Positions 55,824-64,000 of a DNA stretch of 64,000 bases are shown piece by piece. Origin of the DNA: Candidatus Omnitrophota bacterium (lineage in GTDB: Bacteria; Omnitrophota; Gorgyraeia; JAFGIU01); assembly GCA_016929445.1 (NCBI GenBank), contig JAFGIU010000041.1:1929-65928 (forward strand), written 5' to 3'. A model generated the notes under the pieces. That model was not told where the DNA came from. It ran no database searches and saw only the letters and a program-made list of their open reading frames with translations. Both the position numbers and the translations under genes were made by a program. Positions within the stretch are counted from its first letter, which is position 1. Each line of letters starts with the position of its first letter.

Positions 55824-56853
55824 GAGGAGCAGCTCCTTGGTAGAGTTCGGAATAGGGCAAGACATAAAATCCGGGATAAGCTTTTTGCAGTGTACCGGGA
55901 CTTTGTTTGCGGAGTTTCGCATTATTCACTTGGACATAATAAGTATAGGGATAGTCCGAAGCAGCCCATTTTGTCTTGAAGCGATAAAGAGGCTCCTGAC
56001 TCTCCCAAGTCCCTCCCCAGTTCCAGTATTGATAGCCCGATGCGGCAGCCGCTGTCATGGCCTTAGCCAGAATTGCGGAAAGAGGCTGTAAGTTGCGGTG
56101 CTCGGTCAAGCTCACAGGGGTGTAGTACTCCACTGTGGTGCCGGAGTAAAAAAGAAGAAGAGCAGCGATCGGTTTTCCCTGGAGACGTGCTACATAAATA
56201 TTGTAGTCCTTCTCTGCTTCAAAATGTTTGGGGAAGATGTCGAAGAACTTGCGAGGTTTGGCCAAGCCTCCGATCTCCTGCATGTGGGAGAAATGCGCAG
56301 AGGCCAGGAAACCGGTCGCTGTATTGTCCACGATCACCTCAATATCCGCTGCTTGCGCCTTGCGCACATTCCGGCGCGCAGAGGATGCGATACGCGCGAG
56401 CAGGAAATCTTCTGAATGATCCTCCGGCGAGAGAACCGTGATTTGTCCGGTGCGGGTGTCTGTGCAGTTATGCCGGAGGCCTTTGTGGGGATCGGGGCAC
56501 AGAGGTGAAGAAATCAGTGTGGATGAGGCAACTTGAGGCGCGGAAACCACCTCATTGTACGCGGCAATCAGGGATTGGGCCGCTTCTGCGGATTGGGCCA
56601 AGAGGCCGCCGTTGCTGCCGTAAAAGGGGAGGGAGTTCCAAACCTCGCCCAGGGGGCCGGGCGTTTTCATCAAAGGGAGCACTCCGAGGATTTCGTTATC
56701 CTCCAAAGCCAGCAGATAGTGCGAAGCGCAACCCAGCAGCTCTTCGAGAAAATCCCTGAACTTGAGCGAGTGGTATAGAAGCGCACCGGGATAGGCGCGG
56801 GCAAAGGCCTCATACTGAGGCTGTTTGGATGTGTTGAGAACTTCGATTTTCAT
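55798..56853 (-). CDS. FemAB-family / GNAT-fold transferase (exopolysaccharide-locus type)
   Basis: ATG 56853 (MKIEVLNT). ~351 aa. Overall similarity to the other FemAB-like ORF at 28135 (both end with a W/Y-rich K-W-G/A block). Confidence 0.5.
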   Translation of the reverse strand: MKIEVLNTSKQPQYEAFARAYPGALLYHSLKFRDFLEELLGCASHYLLALEDNEILGVLPLMKTPGPLGEVWNSLPFYGSNGGLLAQSAEAAQSLIAAYNEVVSAPQVASSTLISSPLCPDPHKGLRHNCTDTRTGQITVLSPEDHSEDFLLARIASSARRNVRKAQAADIEVIVDNTATGFLASAHFSHMQEIGGLAKPRKFFDIFPKHFEAEKDYNIYVARLQGKPIAALLLFYSGTTVEYYTPVSLTEHRNLQPLSAILAKAMTAAAASGYQYWNWGGTWESQEPLYRFKTKWAASDYPYTYYVQVNNAKLRKQSPGTLQKAYPGFYVLPYSELYQGAAPHEPKKVFS

Positions 56854-58747
56854 TAGAGTTTCTTTTTGAGCCGGGGCCCAGATTCTGTTGGCACCATTCT
56901 TCCACACACAGCAAAGACCAAATCAGGAGGCGGCGGTTGACCTTTTCCTCCAAGTGCTCCCGGATCAGACAGTGGACTGCTTTGCGGTCCATAAAGTCAT
57001 AGATCAGGGCATTCTTCGTGAGCAGTTGCCGGCGTACAAATTCCAGGCTTTCGCCGCGGAACCAGCTGGCATCGGGTCCGCTGAATCCCTGCTTGGGTGC
57101 CTGGGATATCTCTGCAGGGAGATGGCGCTCCATGACGCGTCGCAGCAAGAGTTTTCCGTTGTGAGTCCGGGAGTAATACTTGGCGGACTTGGGTCCGGGT
57201 TCGTTTTCGTCGATCCGGAAAGAATCCCGCAGTTTACCGAGCTTGAGCCGGACCGGGAGGGCTATGGCAAAGTCCACAAGGTCGTTGTCCAGGAAAGGCA
57301 CACGCGTTTCCAGCCCGTGCGCCATGCTCAGTTTGTCCTCGATGTTGAGAAGCGCATGCAAAAAAGTCTTGGCCTCCAAGTAAAAGGACTGATTGATGTA
57401 ATCCTCGGGCGATCTGAGTTGGTTGGGATGTTGTTTGAGCACATCTCTGAAGATGTCGCGCGTCCACACCCCCTTGACTTGGGGCCAAACAGGGCTAAAG
57501 ACTTTTTTGATGACCTGGTTGGGAATGAGCCGCTGCCAGTAGAGGTAGTAGTGGTCCACGAATTCTTCGAAATTCGAACTGGAGGCAGCGCTGTAGTAGC
57601 GCCAAGGATAGCCTCCGAAAAGTTCGTCTCCTCCGGTTCCCGCAAGCACCACTTTCACAAAGCGGGCCGCCAACTTGGCCACGCAGTAGTTGGGGTAAGA
57701 TTGGCCGACCCGGGGTTCGCCCAAGTGACGCATGATCTTCGGCAAAACTCTTTCCATATCGCCGGCCTTGAGGATCATCTCATAGTGCTCTGTCTGAAAG
57801 CGGTAAGACATCCGCTCCGCCTTGTCCCGTTCGTCAAAACCGAGTTCGAGCCCGGAGGCCGAATGCAGGTCAAAGCCGGCGGTGAAGGTCTTGATATTGG
57901 GGAGTTCCTTTGCCGCGACGGCGGTGATAGACCCGCTATCCATGCCTCCGCTCAGATAAGCGCCGACCTCGACGTCACTCACCAGTTGGCGTTTCACTGC
58001 CTGGCGAAAAAGCCGGTCAAGCTCTTCGGAGTACTCGGCCTCGCTCCGGACTTGAGCGGGTTCGACAAAACGGTAGTCCCAGTAGCGATGAACGGAGAGT
58101 TCCTGCGAGTTCTCCGCCAGCCGGGCATAAGACCCTGCGGGCAAGAGATGCACTCCTTTATAGAGAGTGCGATCCGTAAAAAAATTCTGAAAGGTGAAGT
58201 ATTCCAAAAGTCCTTCCATATCCGGGGACATTTCGAATGCGGGGTTTGCCAGGATGGCCTGGACCTCAGAGCCAATGAGGAGAGTCTTTCCGCAAAAGGC
58301 ATAGTACAACGGTTTAATTCCGTAACGGTCCCTGCAGATCAGCAGTTCGCGTTGGCGCGAATCCCAAAAGGCGAGTGCAAACATGCCGTTAAAACGTGAT
58401 AGCGCGTCAATTCCCCATTCCATCAGCGCGTAAAGAGCGACTTCCGTATCTCCGCTTGAGCGGAAGCGGTAGCCCAAGGATTCGAGTTCGGTGCGGAGCT
58501 CTCGAAAGTTGTAGATTTCTCCATTATAAGAAAGGGTGTAGCGGCTGTCCGGGCTTTGCATGGGCTGATGCGAGTTTGGCGTGGGGTCGAGAACCGCAAG
58601 GCGGCGGTGGCCAAGACCGAGGTTGTTGTCAATGTGCTGCCCCTGGCCGTCCGGGCCGCGATGCGCCAGGGCCTCCGTCATTTGTTGCAGTGCATTCCGG
58701 GAGACGGGTTTGCCTGAGCGGTTGAAGATGCCGGCAATCCCGCACAC
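56810..58747 (-). CDS. asnB: Asparagine synthase (glutamine-hydrolysing) family amidotransferase
   Basis: N-terminal MCGIAGIF (Ntn Cys2). PP-loop AYLSGGMDSGSIT. 645 aa. Located in a glycan locus, so probably a sugar-amidating paralog. Confidence 0.9.
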   Translation of the reverse strand: MCGIAGIFNRSGKPVSRNALQQMTEALAHRGPDGQGQHIDNNLGLGHRRLAVLDPTPNSHQPMQSPDSRYTLSYNGEIYNFRELRTELESLGYRFRSSGDTEVALYALMEWGIDALSRFNGMFALAFWDSRQRELLICRDRYGIKPLYYAFCGKTLLIGSEVQAILANPAFEMSPDMEGLLEYFTFQNFFTDRTLYKGVHLLPAGSYARLAENSQELSVHRYWDYRFVEPAQVRSEAEYSEELDRLFRQAVKRQLVSDVEVGAYLSGGMDSGSITAVAAKELPNIKTFTAGFDLHSASGLELGFDERDKAERMSYRFQTEHYEMILKAGDMERVLPKIMRHLGEPRVGQSYPNYCVAKLAARFVKVVLAGTGGDELFGGYPWRYYSAASSSNFEEFVDHYYLYWQRLIPNQVIKKVFSPVWPQVKGVWTRDIFRDVLKQHPNQLRSPEDYINQSFYLEAKTFLHALLNIEDKLSMAHGLETRVPFLDNDLVDFAIALPVRLKLGKLRDSFRIDENEPGPKSAKYYSRTHNGKLLLRRVMERHLPAEISQAPKQGFSGPDASWFRGESLEFVRRQLLTKNALIYDFMDRKAVHCLIREHLEEKVNRRLLIWSLLCVEEWCQQNLGPGSKRNSNENRSSQHIQTASV

Positions 58748-58748
58748 G

Positions 58749-59906
58749 TCAATCCGCTCCGTTGGACAACTTTGTCAACGTTTCCACAATGTATCCGAAA
58801 TCGCCGGCCTGCATCCGGTTGTGTAAAGGAAGCGCAAGGGTTTGCTGCGCGCATCGCAGTGCATTGGGGTAGTCTTCCGGATTGAAATGCAACTGATTGC
58901 GATAGTACCCGAGATCAGGAACGCATTGGGTGCCGGGGCGGGTGCTGATGCCGCGCTCTTGGAGTTTGGCCATGAGTTCGTTCCGGCTAAAAGGAGCATG
59001 GGTTTCGTTCACCGTGCAGATAAAGGATTGCCAGGCATGCCCGCAATCAGCGGGAATGCGGGGAGGCTCAAGCCAGGGGATAGCCCGGAGTTCCTCTATA
59101 TAGTAGGCAGCCCAGCGCGCTCGATCCTGAATCATGGTGTCGAGCTTTTCGAGTTGTACAAGCCCGACAGCGCCTTGAAGATCCGTCATCCGGTAGTTGA
59201 ATCCCAATAAGTTGAAGTCCGGCAGCAAATAAGGCTGCGGCCCTTGGTGGCGCTGCTCTTCCGAGATTTCGGCTCCGTGATTGCGGAGCTTGGCCACGCA
59301 TTCGGCGAGCGCCTTATCATTCGTCGTGACCATGCCTCCCTCGCCGGTGGTAATCGACTTGCGCGGATGAAATGAAAACGCGGCGGCAGTTCCCAAACCC
59401 CCTGCGGGCCGGCCCTTGTAAGTGCTGCCCGTAGCGCAGGCCGCATCTTCCACCAAGGGAATACCTTGCGCGGCCTCAGCGATCGCATTCATGTCAGCGC
59501 AGAGACCGAAAAGATGGACCGGAATAATGGCTCTGGTCTTTGGGGTGATTGCTGCACTCAAAGACTTGGGGTCCAGGTTAAATGTATGAGGATCAATATC
59601 CACGAATACGGGCTTTGCTCCGCAGTAGAGCACGGCGTTGGAGGTTGCAACCCAGGTAAACGCGGGGACAATGACTTCATCCCCGGGGCCGATTTCCAGG
59701 GAGGCGAGGATCAAATGCAGGGCGGTGGTGCAGCTGCTTGCGGCGAGTCCGTAGCGCACATGGTGGCGCGAAGCGAAGGCCTGTTCAAACGCGGCGACTT
59801 TAGGGCCCTGGGTGATCCATCCCGACATCAAGGGTTCTTTGAGAGCCTGCCACTCTTCTTCGCCGGTGCAGGGTTGGGAAATTTGAATCGAGCGCAATTT
59901 ATTCAA
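58749..59906 (-). CDS. DegT/DnrJ/EryC1/StrS-family PLP-dependent sugar aminotransferase
   Basis: Characteristic N-terminus (PCTGEEEWQALKEPLMSGWITQGPKVAAFEQAFA) and PLP-Lys region (SFHPRKSITTGEGG). Confidence 0.9.
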   Translation of the reverse strand: MNKLRSIQISQPCTGEEEWQALKEPLMSGWITQGPKVAAFEQAFASRHHVRYGLAASSCTTALHLILASLEIGPGDEVIVPAFTWVATSNAVLYCGAKPVFVDIDPHTFNLDPKSLSAAITPKTRAIIPVHLFGLCADMNAIAEAAQGIPLVEDAACATGSTYKGRPAGGLGTAAAFSFHPRKSITTGEGGMVTTNDKALAECVAKLRNHGAEISEEQRHQGPQPYLLPDFNLLGFNYRMTDLQGAVGLVQLEKLDTMIQDRARWAAYYIEELRAIPWLEPPRIPADCGHAWQSFICTVNETHAPFSRNELMAKLQERGISTRPGTQCVPDLGYYRNQLHFNPEDYPNALRCAQQTLALPLHNRMQAGDFGYIVETLTKLSNGAD

Positions 59907-60916
59907 AGGGCCGCTCCTACTTTGTCCTTGTTACGCCATTCCACAAGCCGTTCAAGCCCTTGCTTGAGTCCGACCGATGCAGTGAACCCGAGTTCTTTTT
60001 GAGCCTTTTGCGGACACCCCACGCGGTTTTTTACAAAAGTCGGTCCGGCGGCCTCATACACAATCTTCTGCTTGGATCCCGTGATTTGCAGAAGCAGTTC
60101 AGCCAGTTCTTTGAGCGTGGTTTTCTTGCCCGTTCCTACGTTGTAAAAGGAATCCACGGTCTCGGACTTCATTGCGCAAAGGTTGGCCGCGGCACAATCC
60201 TGCACAGCCACAAAATCATAGGCCTGAGACCCGTCCCCGTAAAGAATAGGCGGCAGTCCCTCGTCCAAGCGATCCAGAATCCGCATGATCACCGAAACAT
60301 AAGCGCCGTTATAATCCTGTCGCGGGCCAAACACGTTCATATAGCGCAGTCCCACATAGTCGAAGGCTGAGTCTGTTTTTTTGTAGCGATGATAGAGGGC
60401 GCGGGCCATGGCCTCGCCCGCAATCTTGGTGGCTCCGTAAAACGTGCGGTTGTTGAAAGGATGCCCCTCGGTCATGGGTTCGGCAACCGCGTCTCCGTAT
60501 ACAGAGGCGGATGAAGAATAGACAAGTCTTTTGACGGAATTCCTGGCGCAAGCCTCCAGCACGTTGAAGGTCCCTCTGATATTGACGTCAAAGGCGCTGC
60601 GGGGGTATTCCTCACAGTGCAGTAGCCAAAGCGCGGCAAAATGGAAGACGCCGTCCATCCGTTTCATGGCCGCATCCAAGAGCTCCGGGTGCAAAATGTC
60701 CCCGCCGTGCTCAAAGATCCGGGTGCGCGGGTCTTTGAGCGCTTGGCTGAGATTTTCTTTGGAGCCGCGGGCGAAGTTATCAAACACGCAGACTTCTTCC
60801 ACATCCTCTTGGAGGAGTTGGTCTACGGTGTGGGAACCGATCAATCCGGCTCCTCCGATCACCAAAAATCGCTTTCCTTTTAGATCCATGGATTCGTCCC
60901 TGTCAGGCATGTCCAA
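59903..60916 (-). CDS. NAD-dependent sugar-nucleotide epimerase/dehydratase (SDR; WbpP/UDP-GlcNAc-epimerase-like)
   Basis: GGAGLIGSH Rossmann motif, SSSASVYG, YGATK. ATGA overlap with the degT start. Confidence 0.85.
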   Translation of the reverse strand: MDMPDRDESMDLKGKRFLVIGGAGLIGSHTVDQLLQEDVEEVCVFDNFARGSKENLSQALKDPRTRIFEHGGDILHPELLDAAMKRMDGVFHFAALWLLHCEEYPRSAFDVNIRGTFNVLEACARNSVKRLVYSSSASVYGDAVAEPMTEGHPFNNRTFYGATKIAGEAMARALYHRYKKTDSAFDYVGLRYMNVFGPRQDYNGAYVSVIMRILDRLDEGLPPILYGDGSQAYDFVAVQDCAAANLCAMKSETVDSFYNVGTGKKTTLKELAELLLQITGSKQKIVYEAAGPTFVKNRVGCPQKAQKELGFTASVGLKQGLERLVEWRNKDKVGAAL

Positions 60917-60933
60917 ATGCTTGTAGTCTAGCA

Positions 60934-60980
60934 GGTGTCAGGCACCGGTGCCAGGCACCGGTGCCTGACACCGTGAAACG
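60934..60980. repeat. Palindromic repeat family copy 3 (GGTGTCAGGCACC|GGTGCCAGGCACC|GGTGCCTGACACC, then GTGAAACG)
   Basis: Direct reading. Reverse-oriented relative to copy 1, including the CGTTTCAC flank. Sits 18 nt upstream of the epimerase start, at the head of the 10-gene glycan operon. Confidence 0.7.
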
Positions 60981-60983
60981 GGC

Positions 60984-61223
60984 TCAGAAGAGGTTCACGA
61001 ACAGGGCAAAGAGGGCGCCGGTCAGGGCGCCGTCGGCCAGGGCCCACAGGGATCCAAGCAGCAGGCCCCGGAAGGAGGGCCCAAAGCCCCGATAGATCCG
61101 CGAGAGGAGGCGTACCAGCTCCACGCCGGTGCCCCTTCGGGCCATGAGGCCCATCAAAAAGATGCACGATGACCAGGCCACGCCCACACTCAGGGCGCAG
61201 CGGGCCACATCCAAACGATGCAA
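60984..61223 (-). CDS. Possible small membrane protein (79 aa)
   Basis: Two hydrophobic stretches. Intergenic position between the large hypothetical gene and the palindrome. No other support. Confidence 0.3.
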   Translation of the reverse strand: MHRLDVARCALSVGVAWSSCIFLMGLMARRGTGVELVRLLSRIYRGFGPSFRGLLLGSLWALADGALTGALFALFVNLF

Positions 61224-61409
61224 GCGAACACACTCCTTTCAGCTTCCTTGAACTATCATAGCCCACTGGTTCCCGCAAGAGGAATATCAGATGCGCGCCG
61301 AAGCCAATGCCCGCCGCCTTTTCCTGGCGAGTATTCTCTACTTACCTGTGCTGTTGTGTGTGATGGTGTTGGATCGCGGGGGTCACGTCTAGAGAAGAAC
61401 AGCGCGACC

Positions 61410-63905
61410 TTATAACGCAGATTCAAGGTCCAAGGCACTGTCTGCGTCCTGCTGAAGAGCCGGCACAACCATCAAGGCCCGGTCGGACCGGGCTGCGAGA
61501 GGATCGTAATCCTGCATCTGCGTTTCCTTGAAATTTGCCATGGCATGGCCCCAAGCAAATAGATTGTCCCAGAGTTCCTCATAGATGGGCTCAGCTACGT
61601 CCCACGTCTCTGCAGTTCTTGCATCCGCTAGGATAGAGAACAGTTGCCGTAGTCCGCTTTCGAAAACCTGCAAGATTTCGGATTTGGGCGCTTCATAGAG
61701 CGTGACCGTATCTTGGTGGTTCCCTTGCAACCCCAATTCTTCGGGAGTGAAAGAGGCGGGAGAATCGTAAAATACCAGATGCACATCTGTAGAGGGATTT
61801 GTGATGGCCCATGGATTTTGCCGCCACTCCTGCGCTTCCGTCCAGAGAACCTTCAGGGCCTGAGAAAAGAGGTCCGGATACTCATGTGTACGCATGTAGG
61901 ACAGTGTTGTGAGTGAGTCCTGTGTGGCTGACCGGTAGAGTTGAGTAGCATTGTCGCCGTCAGAGAGATCCGCTGTCCTGAGATCGCCGGTATACATTCG
62001 TTGGTATTGATCGCCCAAGTGGTCTATTAGCACCTTTAGACTGAGTCCGGAAAGCTCTTCCAAGTGATCGAATTCGTCTGCCCGAGAATCGCCGAACCTC
62101 CCAGAAAGGGTCCAAAGGATGCGATGGCGGCGTTCGAGTTCCTTCCACTCCTCTTTGAATTGTTCGATCAACCCGTGCGCTGTTTGGGCGTTTTGGTCAA
62201 ATAGCATCCTGCGCTGGATATTTTGCGCTCTGCGCTGTCTCAGAGCCGCGGTATTCTCCTGCTCCAAGGCATAGACAACGGCAAGATCCCTGCCGAGTTC
62301 TTCGAAGTCAAGGTCCTCAAAGGCACCGGCAGTTTCTTGATCTGCTTCGTTTAGCAGCGCTATGTGCATTTCCCATCTGTCCCAGATCTCGGCGGCTGTC
62401 TCGTTTAGACGCGGGTCTACGACCCCAAGGGGAAGGGCACTCCACCGCTGGAAAAAGAAGCCGAGGATCTTCAACTGGTTTCTGGCTGATGCTCTTCCGG
62501 ATCTGTGGATTCCGGAAGGATTTTCCTGCATGCCCAGGCGTTCGAAGACCGTATTCCGGAATCGCTGAAGCTCCTGAAGCGCGTCAGGAATGGAGGGGTT
62601 ATCGCCCGGTGCTCCAATTCGGAGCAGATCAGAAAGAAACATTGAAGCCATCCCGGCTGGGAAGTATTCACTCCCCATTGATTGCCGATCGTATTGATCT
62701 CCTTCCCGGATGTTTTGCGCTCTCCTTCTGAAATACTCCAGGCGTGTTGTGAGGTCCAGCCATGTTCCGATTTCATAGTCCGGTAAAGGAACGAGTAGGA
62801 ACTGTGTACCGGTGTACCCGCCGCAAAATTCGGTGAACTCGTCTATTTCGCGTTTGAGCCGCGCCACTTCAGCCTCGGCACCGGCCAACCGGGTTTCAAA
62901 ACGGGCAAGGCTCAGTTCCCGGTCCAGGTTCTGCATCTGGCGTATCACTCGGACGGAGTGGACTGTACCGGGGTCGGCCTCTAATTCGGATTGGATGTCC
63001 CTGTATTGACCCACAAGGTCTTCCCTCATGCGATTGAGATACTCGGGAGGCCAGGTGTCATCCGTGAATTGGGCAATTTGTTGCCGGAGTTCATGGAGTG
63101 CCACGAATCGCGCCTCAAGTTGCGCCAGCCAGGTTTGGAGATAGGAGCCTGTTCGAGTGGCTCTGTCGAGCGATTGGACACTGCGGGCGATGTCTTCCAG
63201 GTCTGTGCGTCCTTGATCCGGAGGAGCATTTCCTCTCCCGATTTGGTCTTCCAGCGAATTGATATTCTGTATTAGCTCTCTCAGTTGGGGATCGATGCTG
63301 CTTCGGCCGTCCTGATCCAATACCCGCCGGTTCTGCATATCATCTACTTGCGGGCGCACTGCATCCTGCAGGAACGCTGCCAGCTCGGATTGCAACGGAT
63401 GCGGGACAAATACCCTGAGGGGCAGGTAGTTGTGCGGGTCTAAATTGCCCAAAGCGAAAAGGGCGTCCCGGATGTTGTAGATGCCGGGTAGAATATGACG
63501 CAGGTGGCCAGGAGCCAAATACGTTAAGACAAGCGTATCTGCCAGGATATCCGCCCGCACTGTTCTGTCATTACCTTCCACAGACTGCACTTGAATGCCG
63601 TCCAAGTTCTTGATTCTTGACTGCCAAAAGTCCATCTGCGGGTTTTCCGGTGCCTCCTCGCTGTAGCGGAAGAATAGCAGCAAGGCATTTCTGAGAGTCT
63701 GTCGCACTTCGGCTTCTGAAAGCCTGTTGTTCCCTAAGAAGACATCGGGCAATTCCGCCCGTGCAGCCAGACGCTCCGCGTACAGGATAGGAGCCAGGCG
63801 CAGTGCGCCCTGATTGAGTGGGGCCAAATAGTCCGGATGGATATCCAGAAGAAGGTGGGCATACAAGGCTTCCAGATCTTCACCGTCCAGCTCCGGAGCC
63901 AACAA
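61410..63905 (-). CDS. Large hypothetical protein (>=831 aa; may extend past the window edge), coiled-coil rich
   Basis: Long ORF with coding-like composition and repeated QELxR / LxxLE heptad-like segments. No recognisable catalytic motif. Upstream of the glycan operon on the same strand. Confidence 0.55.
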   Translation of the reverse strand: MLAPELDGEDLEALYAHLLLDIHPDYLAPLNQGALRLAPILYAERLAARAELPDVFLGNNRLSEAEVRQTLRNALLLFFRYSEEAPENPQMDFWQSRIKNLDGIQVQSVEGNDRTVRADILADTLVLTYLAPGHLRHILPGIYNIRDALFALGNLDPHNYLPLRVFVPHPLQSELAAFLQDAVRPQVDDMQNRRVLDQDGRSSIDPQLRELIQNINSLEDQIGRGNAPPDQGRTDLEDIARSVQSLDRATRTGSYLQTWLAQLEARFVALHELRQQIAQFTDDTWPPEYLNRMREDLVGQYRDIQSELEADPGTVHSVRVIRQMQNLDRELSLARFETRLAGAEAEVARLKREIDEFTEFCGGYTGTQFLLVPLPDYEIGTWLDLTTRLEYFRRRAQNIREGDQYDRQSMGSEYFPAGMASMFLSDLLRIGAPGDNPSIPDALQELQRFRNTVFERLGMQENPSGIHRSGRASARNQLKILGFFFQRWSALPLGVVDPRLNETAAEIWDRWEMHIALLNEADQETAGAFEDLDFEELGRDLAVVYALEQENTAALRQRRAQNIQRRMLFDQNAQTAHGLIEQFKEEWKELERRHRILWTLSGRFGDSRADEFDHLEELSGLSLKVLIDHLGDQYQRMYTGDLRTADLSDGDNATQLYRSATQDSLTTLSYMRTHEYPDLFSQALKVLWTEAQEWRQNPWAITNPSTDVHLVFYDSPASFTPEELGLQGNHQDTVTLYEAPKSEILQVFESGLRQLFSILADARTAETWDVAEPIYEELWDNLFAWGHAMANFKETQMQDYDPLAARSDRALMVVPALQQDADSALDLESAL

Positions 63906-64000
63906 CTCTGTGAGTTCGTGAAAGACTGTTCGGCAAAAGCGTTCCGGTGTGATTTCCTCGAGCTGGCCGGGCCGGGTTTCAGAGGGCCATTGCCGGTTGA

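Noticed and set aside
56888-58399. 503-aa plus-strand ORF
   Set aside because: Antisense to asnB, which carries the MCGIAGIF Ntn motif and PP-loop.
1-64000. tRNA/rRNA genes, IS elements, integrases, prophage or toxin-antitoxin modules
   Set aside because: No T-loop-like GGTTCGAATCC-type motifs in intergenic regions. No rRNA-like stretches. No transposase, integrase, phage or TA-like ORFs recognised. Intergenic spaces are mostly under 210 bp.

Overview
This is a high-GC (~58-60%) bacterial chromosomal segment, densely coding on both strands. I found no rRNA, tRNA, CRISPR array, transposase or integrase. The lineage is unclear; the giant secreted proteins and sensor-kinase motifs are only loosely compatible with a PVC-like or deltaproteobacteria-like Gram-negative.

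Housekeeping content:
- A sugar ABC-transporter solute-binding lipoprotein.
- A fused hemD-hemE gene followed by hemH.
- A redoxin and a Bcp peroxiredoxin.
- Glutamate dehydrogenase.
- glgX inside a cluster of three sensor kinases, plus a secreted glycoside hydrolase.
- A complete Rrf2-regulated SUF operon (sufB-C-D-S-U-T) with a palindromic operator candidate.

Accessory content, and the most novel-looking parts:
1. Two envelope-glycan biosynthesis/modification islands (24.6-33.9 kb and 46.1-60.9 kb) with parallel cassettes. Each has a NodB deacetylase, class-I methyltransferases (seven standalone in the window), GT2/GT4/GT-C glycosyltransferases, flippase-like proteins, FemAB-like transferases, an AsnB amidotransferase, a DegT aminotransferase, SDR epimerases, a radical-SAM/SPASM enzyme and a formyltransferase. 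A bona fide UDP-sulfoquinovose synthase (sqdB) lies next to an ArnC-like GT2 / flippase-like / ArnT-like GT-C module. I infer a lipid-carrier-dependent periplasmic sulfoquinovosylation system, not the classical SqdX lipid pathway.
2. A mosaic family of giant signal-peptide proteins (657, 1602 and 1811 aa, plus an 831+ aa neighbour). The two largest carry a degenerate HemK-like methyltransferase domain and the smallest an ASKHA/ROK-like domain. All three have lower-GC, AT-rich 5' regions.
3. Two intergenic repeat families. One is a GGCACCGGTGCC-core palindrome at three loci next to those genes. The other is a ~55-bp hairpin repeat at four loci.
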